IMG/VR virus record: IMGVR_UViG_3300049048_000060
Span: 1 to 50,913 of that record
Source of the DNA: a virus
Lineage: Duplodnaviria; Caudoviricetes
Reading direction: 5' to 3' (one strand)
DNA length: 50,913 nt
Shown: piece after piece, positions 1-9,079 of the stretch
Layout of the letters: every line of letters begins with the position of its first letter
Numbering within the stretch: the first letter of the stretch is position 1
The notes under the pieces: generated by a model
What the model was told of the DNA's origin: nothing
Database searches by the model: none
Seen by the model: the letters and a program-made list of their open reading frames with translations, nothing else
Program-made: the position numbers and the translations under genes

Positions 1-1
1 A

Positions 2-559
2 ATGAAGACAAAGACCATAAACCCTGCAGACCTAGTCGGTGATCTCGAATCGCCTGCGACAGCTCCTGTCGGGCGTCCTACGAAGTTCAAGCCAGAGTTC
101 GTCGAGCAGGCGTTCAACCTTACGCTGCTTGGGCTCACTGATCCTGAGATGGCTTCGGTGTTCGGTGTATCGGTAGACACGCTTCACGAATGGCGTAAGG
201 TTTATCCTGAATTTTCCGAATCCTGCAAGGCTGGCAAGGAAGACGCGGACGCCAAAGTTGCTCGCAGCCTGTATCGCAAGGCGAAAGGTGCCGAGATCGT
301 CGCGATCAAGATGGGACCTGACGGGCAACCCATGTACGCCGAAGACGGTAAGCCAGTCCTTATCGGCGTTCAGATGCCTGGCGACACCAGGGCTCAAGAG
401 TTCTGGCTCCGGAACCGCAGGAAGCTGAACTGGCGAGACAAGCAGGAGATCGAACACACGGGCAAGGATGGCGAGCCATTGGTGCCTCAAGCTAACGAGA
501 ACGAGATAGCACGCCGTGTCGCGTTTCTCTTGACCAACGGCGTGAAACAGGAGAACTAA
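2..559 (+). CDS. terS: Terminase small subunit
   Basis: GRPTKF motif followed by an HTH (TDPEMASVFGVSVDTLHEW), plus the WLRNRR..WRDK motif and a C-terminal EHTGKDG, all typical of phage TerS. Lies upstream of terL. Confidence 0.9.
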   Translation: MKTKTINPADLVGDLESPATAPVGRPTKFKPEFVEQAFNLTLLGLTDPEMASVFGVSVDTLHEWRKVYPEFSESCKAGKEDADAKVARSLYRKAKGAEIVAIKMGPDGQPMYAEDGKPVLIGVQMPGDTRAQEFWLRNRRKLNWRDKQEIEHTGKDGEPLVPQANENEIARRVAFLLTNGVKQEN

Positions 560-561
560 CC

Positions 562-879
562 ATGCCACGTACCCACCTTGAGCCCGTCCTCGTTGGCGGC
601 GAACAGTACGAAACCGTAGCAGCAGCACAAACCGATCAGGCCCTTGGCGCCACCGGAGCCAAGAATGACTTCCTCGCTCGCCTGATTGTCAACGTCACGA
701 CCAGCGCAACAGGCACGGTCGCGATCCAGGACGGCGCCGACGCGGCGATCGATCTCGTGCCAGCAAACACGCCTATCGGAGTGTACGTCATCGAACTCGG
801 CATCCGAAGCCGAACCGGTGCTTGGCAGGTCACGACCGGTGCTGGTGCAAGCGTGCTTGCAGTAGGTGACTTCAGCTAG
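562..879 (+). CDS. Hypothetical protein, probably virion-associated (beta-rich)
   Basis: 105-aa ORF with SD GGAG and phage-typical codon usage. Confidence 0.65.
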   Translation: MPRTHLEPVLVGGEQYETVAAAQTDQALGATGAKNDFLARLIVNVTTSATGTVAIQDGADAAIDLVPANTPIGVYVIELGIRSRTGAWQVTTGAGASVLAVGDFS

Positions 880-908
880 TTGATAAACGCGAAACGAAGT
901 GCGATAGT
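879..908 (+). promoter_or_regulatory. Late-type promoter, GTTGATAAACGC box (TTGATA-17-GATAGT)
   Basis: The same 12-mer occurs at 879, 7648 and 50879, each intergenic and upstream of a morphogenesis gene. Confidence 0.65.
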
Positions 909-952
909 GTTGTCGCATTTCCGCAGCAACTTTAACTAGAAAGGATCGCATC

Positions 953-1408
953 ATGGCAACTACCAAGAAGATTTTAACCTCGATTCACGGCAAGCGCGTC
1001 GGCCTCTCCGAGACTGACCGTCTGATCGTCAAGGGCAAGACCGTACCAGCAATGAACGACGCTGGTGTCTTGGCTGTTCTGCAGGGCGCCCCTGGAGCCC
1101 TCAACGCGACCGGCACGCTGACCGCAGCACTGATCGGCACCGGCATCGTCACCTCTACCTCGGCAGCAGGCGTCACCGCCACGCTCAACACTGGCGAGCT
1201 GATGGATGACGCTTTCGCGAAAGAGATCGAGATCGGTGAGGCGTTCGACTGGAGCGTCATCAACACTGGCCCTAACACCTTCACCGTGACCGCTGCAGCA
1301 TCCGGCCACACTGTCGTAGGTGCAGGTGCCGTGGCTACTACGACCTCGGGCCTCTTCCGTACCCGTCGTACCGCAGTAGACACCTGGGTCACGTATCGCC
1401 TGTCGTAA
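953..1408 (+). CDS. Probable virion structural protein (head decoration-like)
   Basis: 151 aa, rich in Thr/Ala/Gly, with strongly biased codons. It has its own promoter and terminator. Function is inferred. Confidence 0.55.
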   Translation: MATTKKILTSIHGKRVGLSETDRLIVKGKTVPAMNDAGVLAVLQGAPGALNATGTLTAALIGTGIVTSTSAAGVTATLNTGELMDDAFAKEIEIGEAFDWSVINTGPNTFTVTAAASGHTVVGAGAVATTTSGLFRTRRTAVDTWVTYRLS

Positions 1409-1421
1409 GTCGTAACGAACT

Positions 1422-1445
1422 GAGCCCGCTTCGGCGGGCTCTTTT
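1422..1445 (+). terminator. Rho-independent terminator
   Basis: GAGCCCGC-TTCG-GCGGGCTC followed by TTTT. Confidence 0.85.
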
Positions 1446-1460
1446 CCATGAGGACATCAC

Positions 1461-1715
1461 ATGAAGTTCGCAAGGATATTCGAGTTAGACCATAGCCAGT
1501 TGCTGGTCGTGCTGGCGCAGACACAGGCTCTTGAGCCTGCTATCCGGATCACTGGCGAGGTCAACGCCATGCTGATCGATACCACGGTCGTGTTCAAGAC
1601 CTGGCACGGGGCACACGAAGCCCTCAAGAACTTCACTCAACAGGATGCAAGGGCGCACTACAACGACCTGCTGAAGGCCTACATCCCGCACGATCCAAGC
1701 CCTTTCACACACTAG
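1461..1715 (+). CDS. Hypothetical protein
   Basis: 84-aa ORF with SD GAGGA that fills the gap before terL. Confidence 0.65.
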   Translation: MKFARIFELDHSQLLVVLAQTQALEPAIRITGEVNAMLIDTTVVFKTWHGAHEALKNFTQQDARAHYNDLLKAYIPHDPSPFTH

Positions 1716-1722
1716 GTACACC

Positions 1723-3294
1723 ATGCTAGACGAGATACTTGCCAGATACAACACGCTTCCCGAGGCCGAGAAGAAGGAGCTTGAACAGCTTGCCATACAG
1801 GCGACCAAGCACATGACCTTCATCCCGAACCCAGGCCCACAGACCATGGCCTACACCAGCAAGGCAGACATCCTTCTCTTCGGCGGTAGCCCTGGCGGTG
1901 GCAAGACTGCGCTCGAGGTAGGGCTGGCCCTCAACGAGCATCACCGTTCGCTAGTCGTGCGTCGCCAGTTCGTCGACCTCGAAGGCGTGCTACACACCTT
2001 GGCAAACATCGTCGGCTCACGGGACAACCTCGTCGGCGGCAACCGACCGCAGTACAACAAGCCAGATGGTGGCGTGATCCACTTCCAGGGTATGGGAGAA
2101 GACGCGACCGATCTCGGGGGCAAGCAAGGTAACCCGCATGACCTGATCTGCGTCGACGAGGCCGCACAGATGACAGAAGACCAAGTCCGGATGCTGATCG
2201 GTTGGCTGCGTTCCGATAGGCCAGGCCAGCGCACCCGCATGGTGCTAGGCAGCAACCCACCGCTTGACTCGACAGGTGACTGGATGGTCGAGTTCTTCGG
2301 CCCATGGCTCAACCCTGCCCACCCGAATCCTGCAGGCCCAGGCGAGCTTCGCTGGTACCTGCCTGACCCAGAGACGGGTCGCGACTTCGAGTGCGAGGAA
2401 GGCGACTCCATCATGCTTAACGGGGTACAGGTCTTCGCCCATAGTCGAACCTACATCCCGTCTAGTTTCACGGACAACCCATTCTACAGCAAGGAAGATT
2501 ACGCGAAGTCCTTGTCCATGCTGCCTGCTTCGGTGCGCGACAGACTGATGTCCGGCAACTTCCTCATGGCCCGTCCGGACGACGAGTGGCAACTGATCCC
2601 TACCTCGTGGATTCAGCAGGCACAGGACCGCTGGACGCAGCGGCCGCCCGAAGGCGTACCACAGTGCGCGATCGGCGCCGACATCGCACAAGGCGGTGAC
2701 GACCAGACCGTGCTCGCTGTCCGCTATGATGGCTGGTTCGACGAGCTGAAGGTCGTCCCGGGCAAGGAAACACCAGACGGGAAGAAGGCAGCAGGCAAGA
2801 TCCTGGAACACCGGAGAGACGACTCGATGGTCATCGTCGACCTTGGCGGTGGCTGGGGCGGCGACTGCTACGGGCACCTGAAGGAGAACAACATCAAGTG
2901 CAAGGGCTACATGGGCGTCAAGACCGACACCAATGCACGAACCAAGGACAACGACCTTCGGTTCTTCAACGTGCGGGCTGAAGCGTACTGGAAGCTACGT
3001 GAAGCACTCGACCCGTCACAGGAAGGAGGATCACGTATCTGCCTTCCACGTGACTCGAAGCTGCTGCAGGAACTCACGATCCTGCGCTACGAGATCACAA
3101 GCTCGGGCATCAAGCTCACGCCGAAGGACAAGGTCAAGGAACAGATCGGCCGAAGCCCAGACAGGGCCGACGCGGTGGCCATGGCGTGGTGGCAGGGACC
3201 GAAGCAAGAACACTTCCAAGGTGGATTTAAGTTGTTAAACGCAAGACCTCGTGTTATTTTGGGTCGTGAATCTGCTCGTCGAAGGAGAACGTGA
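1723..3294 (+). CDS. terL: Terminase large subunit
   Basis: Walker A GGSPGGGKT, Walker B ICVDEA, coupling motif GSNPP, nuclease motifs GADIA..GGDD and SPDRADA. Confidence 0.95.
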   Translation: MLDEILARYNTLPEAEKKELEQLAIQATKHMTFIPNPGPQTMAYTSKADILLFGGSPGGGKTALEVGLALNEHHRSLVVRRQFVDLEGVLHTLANIVGSRDNLVGGNRPQYNKPDGGVIHFQGMGEDATDLGGKQGNPHDLICVDEAAQMTEDQVRMLIGWLRSDRPGQRTRMVLGSNPPLDSTGDWMVEFFGPWLNPAHPNPAGPGELRWYLPDPETGRDFECEEGDSIMLNGVQVFAHSRTYIPSSFTDNPFYSKEDYAKSLSMLPASVRDRLMSGNFLMARPDDEWQLIPTSWIQQAQDRWTQRPPEGVPQCAIGADIAQGGDDQTVLAVRYDGWFDELKVVPGKETPDGKKAAGKILEHRRDDSMVIVDLGGGWGGDCYGHLKENNIKCKGYMGVKTDTNARTKDNDLRFFNVRAEAYWKLREALDPSQEGGSRICLPRDSKLLQELTILRYEITSSGIKLTPKDKVKEQIGRSPDRADAVAMAWWQGPKQEHFQGGFKLLNARPRVILGRESARRRRT

Positions 3295-3740
3295 TGGTAC
3301 TTAAAGTTGAAGAATCCGCACTCGGGACCGCCCCGCAGCCAGTGGCAAAGCCACGACCAAAGCCTATCCTCAAGCCTATCGAGCGTAAGGAAGCCCAGCG
3401 TCCGGGCTTCACGGAACGTGTTGGGTACACCAAGCCAACCGAGAAGCAGGACCCGGTAGCAGCAAGGGGCGAGAAGCCACGCGGTCCAGGCTCATTCAAC
3501 GAGTATATCGTCAAGACTTACGGCGTTCCCTACGACGACCTGCAACTGACCACCAAGCAAGCGAACCAGGTCAAGGCCGCGTACGACAAGGAGCTTTCCA
3601 GCTACAACGCCGCGATCAAGACGTACAACTCCCAGGCAGCCTCATACAATCAGGACATCGGCTACAAGACGCCGACCGAAAGCGCAGCCTTGGCGAAGAA
3701 GTACCTGAACCGCGTCGCCCCCAAAACCGTACTAACCTAG
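3291..3740 (+). CDS. Hypothetical protein
   Basis: 149-aa ORF overlapping the terL stop (GTGA), with SD AAGGAG. Confidence 0.65.
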   Translation: MMVLKVEESALGTAPQPVAKPRPKPILKPIERKEAQRPGFTERVGYTKPTEKQDPVAARGEKPRGPGSFNEYIVKTYGVPYDDLQLTTKQANQVKAAYDKELSSYNAAIKTYNSQAASYNQDIGYKTPTESAALAKKYLNRVAPKTVLT

Positions 3741-3750
3741 AGGACAAGCC

Positions 3751-3972
3751 ATGAAAGTTCTAGGGCTCAAACCACAAAAACTTCCTTCACCGATCGCTGC
3801 CGCATCTAGCGCACCGTCACGTTCGTCCGCGCCCACCGCTACGCAAACGGCGATGCCTACCGAGGACACCATGATGACGGAGAACGCACGCAAGCGTAAG
3901 CTACAGGAAGCACAACAACGCGGGGGCGTGCAAAGCACCGTCCTCGGCCAGAACGATTCCCTGGGGGGCTAG
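3751..3972 (+). CDS. Small virion protein (positional analogue of T7 gp7.3), paralogue of next gene
   Basis: Low-complexity protein with C-terminal QRGG..ST.L...LGG, located before the portal gene. Confidence 0.6.
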   Translation: MKVLGLKPQKLPSPIAAASSAPSRSSAPTATQTAMPTEDTMMTENARKRKLQEAQQRGGVQSTVLGQNDSLGG

Positions 3973-3975
3973 TAG

Positions 3976-4299
3976 ATGTCCGGCCTGAAGGGAGTAGGGG
4001 AAGCCGTAGTCGCAGGAGCCAAGTCACTCGCTCCTGTAGTCTCCGTCTTGTCAAGTGCCGTCGGCATCTACGGCATGATGAAGGGCGCACAAGGAATGGA
4101 CCTCAAAATGCCAAGCCTGTCGCAGTCATCTTCGCCGCAGTCGACCCTGGAAGCACCGAAGGCCATGCCTTCGCAAGACAGCGCCCTTGTGCAGGACGCC
4201 AAGAGACGCGCGGTACTGGCAGCATCCCAAAGAGGCGGCCGCAGCAGCACCTTCCTATCGAACAGCAATGACCGTGACGCAGACACCTTCGGGGGCTAA
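3976..4299 (+). CDS. Small virion protein, paralogue of 3751..3972
   Basis: C-terminal AMPSQDS...QRGGRSSTFLS...FGG. Abuts the portal start. Confidence 0.6.
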   Translation: MSGLKGVGEAVVAGAKSLAPVVSVLSSAVGIYGMMKGAQGMDLKMPSLSQSSSPQSTLEAPKAMPSQDSALVQDAKRRAVLAASQRGGRSSTFLSNSNDRDADTFGG

Positions 4300-5958
4300 G
4301 TGGACAAGATAGAATACCTACTCAAGCAGAGCGAGTCCTTATTCGGGAAGCGCGGATCGCTTCTCTCGTTGTGGCAAGAGATCGCCGACAACTTCTACGT
4401 GGAACGCGCGGACTTCACCTATACCAGAAACCTGGGCGAGGAGTTCGGTGACCACTTGATGTCGTCCTATCCCCTGCTAGTGAGGCGCGACCTGGGTAAC
4501 TCCATCGGCTCCATGCTTCGCCCGTCCAGCAAGGAGTGGGTGCATATCCGCCTCAAGGACACCAAGCAGGATATGGTAGACCTCGAGTCCAAGGCCTGGC
4601 TCGAATGGGCCACCAAGAAAATGATGCGGGTCTTCTACTCCCCTGGTTCGCAGTTCACCCGAGCGACAAAAGAAGGCGACCAAGACTTCGCCACCTTCGG
4701 CCAGTGCGCGATCCAGGTATCTCTTAACTCGAAGCGCGACGGCATGTTGTATCGCACGTGGCACCTGCGCGACGTCGCCTGGTGCGAGGACGAGGACGGC
4801 AACTGCTCCACGGTCTACCGCAAGTGGAAGCCAAAGGCTATCGAGCTGAAGAAGCTATTCGGCGACAACATTCACCAGTCTGTGAAAGAGAAGCTGGAGA
4901 AGGAACCCTACTGCGAGATCAACGTACAGCACGTCATCCTTCCTTCGTCCTGTCTCGGGTACGGTGTCGACGACATGAAGTCCACGGTCAAGGGCAAGCC
5001 CTTCGTGTCCGTGTACCTCGACATCGACAACAAGCACATCATGGAGGAGGTAGGCCTCTTCGAACAAGAATACCTGATCCCTCGTTGGCAGACCGTGTCC
5101 GGCTCCCAGTACGCCTACAGCCCTTCGACCGTGGCAGCGTTGCCTGACGCACGCTTGCTGCAGGCCATGACCCTGACCCTGCTCGAAGCTGGTGAGAACG
5201 CAGCACGCCCACCGATGGTGGCAGTGCAACAAGCGATCCGCGGCGATATCAGCCTTTACTCGGGCGGCATCACCTGGGTAGACGCCGACTATGACGAGCG
5301 TCTAGGTGAGGTGCTTCGTCCTATCACGACAGACAAGAGCGGCATCCCGTTGGGTGTCGACATGGCGCGTGACGTACGTGCGATGCTGATGGAAGCCTTC
5401 TACCTGAACAAGTTGAGCCTGCCACCGCCACAGGGCGAGATGACCGCATACGAGGTCGGGCAGCGCGTACAGGAATACATCCGCCAGGCCTTGCCACTTT
5501 TCGAGCCAATGGAATCGCAGTATAATGGACCGTTGTGCGAGATCACCTTCAGCAAGATGCTACGCGCAGGCGCCTTCGGGTCCATGGACTCGCTGCCAAA
5601 GGGCTTGCGAGACAAGGAGATCGACTTCGTATTCGAGTCCCCGCTGCACGACGCAACCGAGCGCGCCAAGGGCCAACGCTTCATCGAGGCCAGCCAGATG
5701 CTCGCTGCGGCTTCGCAGATCGATCCGAGTGCCGCGGATGTCGTGGATTCTGTCAAGGCTCTGCGAGACGTACTCGGCGCGATCGGTGTACCTTCCGATT
5801 GGCAACGAAGCGAGACCCAGGTTGCCGAGAGACGTGCCGTGCAGGAAGCCAAGGCAAGCGAGCAAGAGATGCTTAGTCAGCTCGCTGTCGGGGCCGAAAT
5901 CGCGAAGACCGCGTCTGAAGTACAAACTCAACCGGAGCCACAACAGGCCATTATATGA
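4300..5958 (+). CDS. Portal (head-tail connector), T7 gp8/BPP-1 type
   Basis: 552 aa with the PRW..SGSQYAYSP and MTAYEV..R motifs of podovirus portals. Position matches. Confidence 0.9.
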   Translation: MDKIEYLLKQSESLFGKRGSLLSLWQEIADNFYVERADFTYTRNLGEEFGDHLMSSYPLLVRRDLGNSIGSMLRPSSKEWVHIRLKDTKQDMVDLESKAWLEWATKKMMRVFYSPGSQFTRATKEGDQDFATFGQCAIQVSLNSKRDGMLYRTWHLRDVAWCEDEDGNCSTVYRKWKPKAIELKKLFGDNIHQSVKEKLEKEPYCEINVQHVILPSSCLGYGVDDMKSTVKGKPFVSVYLDIDNKHIMEEVGLFEQEYLIPRWQTVSGSQYAYSPSTVAALPDARLLQAMTLTLLEAGENAARPPMVAVQQAIRGDISLYSGGITWVDADYDERLGEVLRPITTDKSGIPLGVDMARDVRAMLMEAFYLNKLSLPPPQGEMTAYEVGQRVQEYIRQALPLFEPMESQYNGPLCEITFSKMLRAGAFGSMDSLPKGLRDKEIDFVFESPLHDATERAKGQRFIEASQMLAAASQIDPSAADVVDSVKALRDVLGAIGVPSDWQRSETQVAERRAVQEAKASEQEMLSQLAVGAEIAKTASEVQTQPEPQQAII

Positions 5959-6248
5959 CCCAACCAAAGAAGACGAAAGTCATCGTACCCCCGCCGGCCC
6001 AAGAACCGGCGGGTTACACTTTAGCCGACATCGCTGCCATGCAGGCGCTTGAGAAGGGTGAAGCAAGCCCAGACCAGCAGAAGCGTGCGCTCGCGTGGAT
6101 CATTAACAACGTATGCCTGACCTACGATCTCGAGTACCGGACCGAGGACAGGGATCACGCTTTCGCATCCGGCCGTCGATTCGCTGGCTTGCAGGTCGTG
6201 AAGGCGCTGAAGCTGAACACGACACTGCTTGCTAAGACAGGAGCCTGA
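5955..6248 (+). CDS. Conserved small protein after portal (Bbp19-like)
   Basis: The AFASGRRFAGLQV motif is typical of the gene that follows BPP-1-type portals. Confidence 0.65.
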   Translation: MTQPKKTKVIVPPPAQEPAGYTLADIAAMQALEKGEASPDQQKRALAWIINNVCLTYDLEYRTEDRDHAFASGRRFAGLQVVKALKLNTTLLAKTGA

Positions 6249-6251
6249 CAC

Positions 6252-6566
6252 ATGGACTACGGATACGGAGATCGCAAAGACGGGACCAAGAAAGGCCGTG
6301 GGTATTTCGGAGAGATCAAAGGCCCTGACGGGACCTTCTCTACGGAACTCAGCACGACGGTCGACTTTGGAAACGGCGATGAAGACATCCCTCTCCTGGT
6401 CCCAGTGCTGACGAAAGCAGAGATCGACCACATCATTGCCGGCAACAAGCCGACAGAGGAAACAGTGGAGAAAGCTATAAATTTCGCCCTTGCCCGTAAG
6501 AAGGCAGGACAGAGCCCCTACGCCGGTCCGGACGAAGAGGGTTCTTTCAAAGTCCCGGACCAATAA
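6252..6566 (+). CDS. Hypothetical protein
   Basis: 104-aa ORF with SD AGGAG and KGRGYFG...IPLLVP motif. Function unknown. Confidence 0.65.
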   Translation: MDYGYGDRKDGTKKGRGYFGEIKGPDGTFSTELSTTVDFGNGDEDIPLLVPVLTKAEIDHIIAGNKPTEETVEKAINFALARKKAGQSPYAGPDEEGSFKVPDQ

Positions 6567-6581
6567 AGGAGATACACCACC

Positions 6582-7601
6582 ATGGCCAACGACCAAACGG
6601 TAGACACCGCAGACACAACCGCGGACACCTCGACCGTAGACACGACCGTGACCACAACCGACGATAAGAGCACGACGACGGACACCACAACGGTAGATAC
6701 TTCTACCACGACCGACGATAAGAGTACGACTGTCGACGACAAGAGTACGACTGTCGACGACAAGAGTACGACCACCGACGACACCGACAAGAGCAAGGAA
6801 GGCGACAAGTCCTGGTCCGATACCGTAGCCCGGATCTCGAAGGGCGACGATAAGATAGCCAAACGCCTCGGGAGATACGACTCCGTCGACTCCCTGGCTG
6901 AAGCCCTGATCCAGGCCCAGAACAAGATCGCAAGCGGGGCCTTGAAGTCAGCCCTTCCGGAGAACGCTACCGAGGAACAGCTTGCCGCATGGCGAGCAGA
7001 GAACGGCGTGCCGGCAGCTCCAGAGGATTACGAGATCGCGCTCGAAGGCGATTACGTGATCGGCGAGGCTGACCAGCCTATCGTCGAGGAGTTCGTCAAG
7101 GAAGCACACGGACTGAACCTCGGTAACAAGGAAGTCAACAAGGTGCTCTCCTGGTACTTCGCCAAGGAAGAAGCCATGGTTGAGGCACGAAACGCGGAAG
7201 ACGCGCGACAACGTGACGAGACCACCGAGCTGCTGCGCGAGACATGGGGCGAAGACTACAAGGCCAACAAGAACGCGATCGTCGGCCTTCTGGACGCAGC
7301 CCCACCGGGTGTCAAGGACTTGATGCTGGGTGCCCGTCTTTCTGACGGCACGCCTCTCGCAAGCCACCCAGACACGCTACGCTGGATGGCGCAGATGGCA
7401 CGCGAGATCAACCCTGCAGCTACTGTGGTCCCAGGCTCTACCACCAACTCCGCCCAGGCGATCGAGACCGAACTCGAGCAACTGACGAAGAAGATGGGCG
7501 ACCTGGAAAGCGATTACTGGAAAGGCCCGTCGGCCGAGAAGAACCAAGCCAGGTACCGTGACCTATTGACCGCGCAGGAGAAACTGAAAGCGCGAGGATA
7601 G
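6582..7601 (+). CDS. Capsid assembly scaffolding protein
   Basis: Acidic, helical protein with a Thr/Asp-rich N-terminus and G.P..PEDY and L...WG..Y motifs. Directly upstream of the capsid gene. Confidence 0.8.
   Translation: MANDQTVDTADTTADTSTVDTTVTTTDDKSTTTDTTTVDTSTTTDDKSTTVDDKSTTVDDKSTTTDDTDKSKEGDKSWSDTVARISKGDDKIAKRLGRYDSVDSLAEALIQAQNKIASGALKSALPENATEEQLAAWRAENGVPAAPEDYEIALEGDYVIGEADQPIVEEFVKEAHGLNLGNKEVNKVLSWYFAKEEAMVEARNAEDARQRDETTELLRETWGEDYKANKNAIVGLLDAAPPGVKDLMLGARLSDGTPLASHPDTLRWMAQMAREINPAATVVPGSTTNSAQAIETELEQLTKKMGDLESDYWKGPSAEKNQARYRDLLTAQEKLKARG
6714..6776 (+). repeat. 21-bp coding tandem repeat x3 (DDKSTTV)
   Basis: gacgataagagtacgactgtc / gacgacaagagtacgactgtc / gacgacaagagtacgaccacc, with a related copy at about 6660. 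Confidence 0.9.
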
Positions 7602-7608
7602 TAAAACG

Positions 7609-7628
7609 AGGCCCTCTTCGGAGGGCCT
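7609..7628 (+). terminator. UUCG hairpin after scaffold gene (possible terminator)
   Basis: AGGCCCTC-TTCG-GAGGGCCT. The U-tract is offset, so termination is uncertain. Confidence 0.6.
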
Positions 7629-7639
7629 TAAAATTTTTG

Positions 7640-7677
7640 TTGACAAAGTTGATAAACGCATTTTTATAGCGTAGCCT
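7640..7677 (+). promoter_or_regulatory. Capsid promoter with GTTGATAAACGC box
   Basis: TTGATA(7649)-17-TAGCCT, with an overlapping TTGACA at 7640. Confidence 0.65.
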
Positions 7678-7819
7678 TCAAACTTAACAACAGCAAGAAC
7701 GGCCCCGAGCAAAGCTAGTACGGCCCCGAAAGGACACCCCGAAAAGCCAGCGTAGCAAGGACACCCCAGATCAAGCTGATAGGTAGTTCATATCAATTTT
7801 TTCGAAAGGAGCCTTCAAA

Positions 7820-8650
7820 ATGGCTGACTCCGCTTTTCAAACCCAGTACCGCAATGAGTTCATTGCGGGCTTCGAACAACGTCAATCGTTGGTTCGTCAA
7901 ACGGTAACCACCGAATCTACCATCAAGGGTAACCAAGCTACGTTCCTGGTTGCTGACTCTGGTAGCGCACAAGCTGTGACTCGTGGCCTGAACGGTCTGA
8001 TCCCTGCACGTGCTGACAACCTGAACCAGTACACCGCTACCCTGGTCGAATGGCATGACCTGGTTCGCAAGACCGGCTTCAACGTCTTCGCGTCCCAAGG
8101 CGATCAACGCCGCATCATGCAAATGACCACGATGGGCGTCGTCAACCGCAAGGTCGACCAAGACATCATCACCGAGCTGGGTAACGCTACCCAAGACACC
8201 GGTGCTGCTGCCACCGCAACCCTCGAAATGGTTATGCACGGCTTGGCTATCCTGGGCAACAACGCAGTTCCATTGGACGGTAACGTCTCTGCGCTGATTA
8301 CCCCAGCCTTCCACGCATATCTGATGCAAACCAAGGAGTTCGCCTCCGCAGACTACGTGACCAACAAGCCATTCTCTGGCGCGTTGACCATGTACCGCTG
8401 GGCCGGCATCAACTTCATCGTGCATCCGAACCTGCCAGGCAAGGGCACCGCAGCCGAGAAGTGCTTCCTGTACCATAAGGACGCGATCGGCCACGCAGTC
8501 AACACCGCCGGCATGGACTCCAAGGTAGGCATGGACGAAGAACAGGATTACTCCTGGGCACGTACCAGCGTCTACATGGGCTCCAAGCTCCTGCAGAACT
8601 CCGGTGTTGTTGTCTGGAACCACGACGGTTCTGGCTACGCAGCATCCTAA
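7820..8650 (+). CDS. Major capsid protein
   Basis: 276 aa after the scaffold gene, with strong SD AAGGAG and highly biased codons. Resembles the BPP-1-type capsid (F.TQY...F...FEQRQS.LR, C-terminal WARTSVYMG). Confidence 0.85.
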   Translation: MADSAFQTQYRNEFIAGFEQRQSLVRQTVTTESTIKGNQATFLVADSGSAQAVTRGLNGLIPARADNLNQYTATLVEWHDLVRKTGFNVFASQGDQRRIMQMTTMGVVNRKVDQDIITELGNATQDTGAAATATLEMVMHGLAILGNNAVPLDGNVSALITPAFHAYLMQTKEFASADYVTNKPFSGALTMYRWAGINFIVHPNLPGKGTAAEKCFLYHKDAIGHAVNTAGMDSKVGMDEEQDYSWARTSVYMGSKLLQNSGVVVWNHDGSGYAAS

Positions 8651-8659
8651 AGTGAGTGA

Positions 8660-8677
8660 GGTCCGCGAAAGCGGACC
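8660..8677 (+). other. GNRA hairpin after capsid gene, no U-tract
   Basis: GGTCCGC-GAAA-GCGGACC. Probably an mRNA-stabilising or processing stem. Confidence 0.55.
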
Positions 8678-8714
8678 CCTCTCCTGATTAACGCTTTAAG
8701 AAAGGAAACGCAAA

Positions 8715-9002
8715 ATGGCTTATGATTCCGATGAATTGGTACTGGTATCCCCAGCACCTCTGACCGGCAGCGGTCAAACCTGGAAGCATCGCAGCACCGA
8801 CGCCGGCGCGCAGGTACAAGTAACCGGCTACATCACTGATGGCGGCGCTCGTGGTATGAAGGTTGGTGACATCCTTCTGCACACGGACACCGACACCGGC
8901 CTGACGACCAGCCACTACGTCGAAACTGTCAGCTCCACCTACCCTGGTGCAGTCGACCTGTCCGACGCTACTACCGTAGTCAGCGGCACCAACTCCGACT
9001 AA
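8715..9002 (+). CDS. Probable capsid-associated protein
   Basis: 95 aa, co-transcribed after the capsid gene, with strong SD and biased codons. Confidence 0.6.
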   Translation: MAYDSDELVLVSPAPLTGSGQTWKHRSTDAGAQVQVTGYITDGGARGMKVGDILLHTDTDTGLTTSHYVETVSSTYPGAVDLSDATTVVSGTNSD

Positions 9003-9030
9003 GTAGTAAAACGGTAGCAGTTGTTATATA

Positions 9031-9066
9031 ATAAAGGGGTCCTCGAAAGAGGCCCCTTTATTTTTA
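9031..9066 (+). terminator. Rho-independent terminator
   Basis: ATAAAGGGGTCCTC-GAAA-GAGGCCCCTTTAT followed by a T-run. Confidence 0.85.
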
Positions 9067-9079
9067 GGAGATCTTCCCC

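Noticed and set aside
9013-9030. GTAGCAGTTGTTATA resembling the early operator
   Set aside because: It is an imperfect palindrome with no -35 box, and it lies immediately before a terminator.
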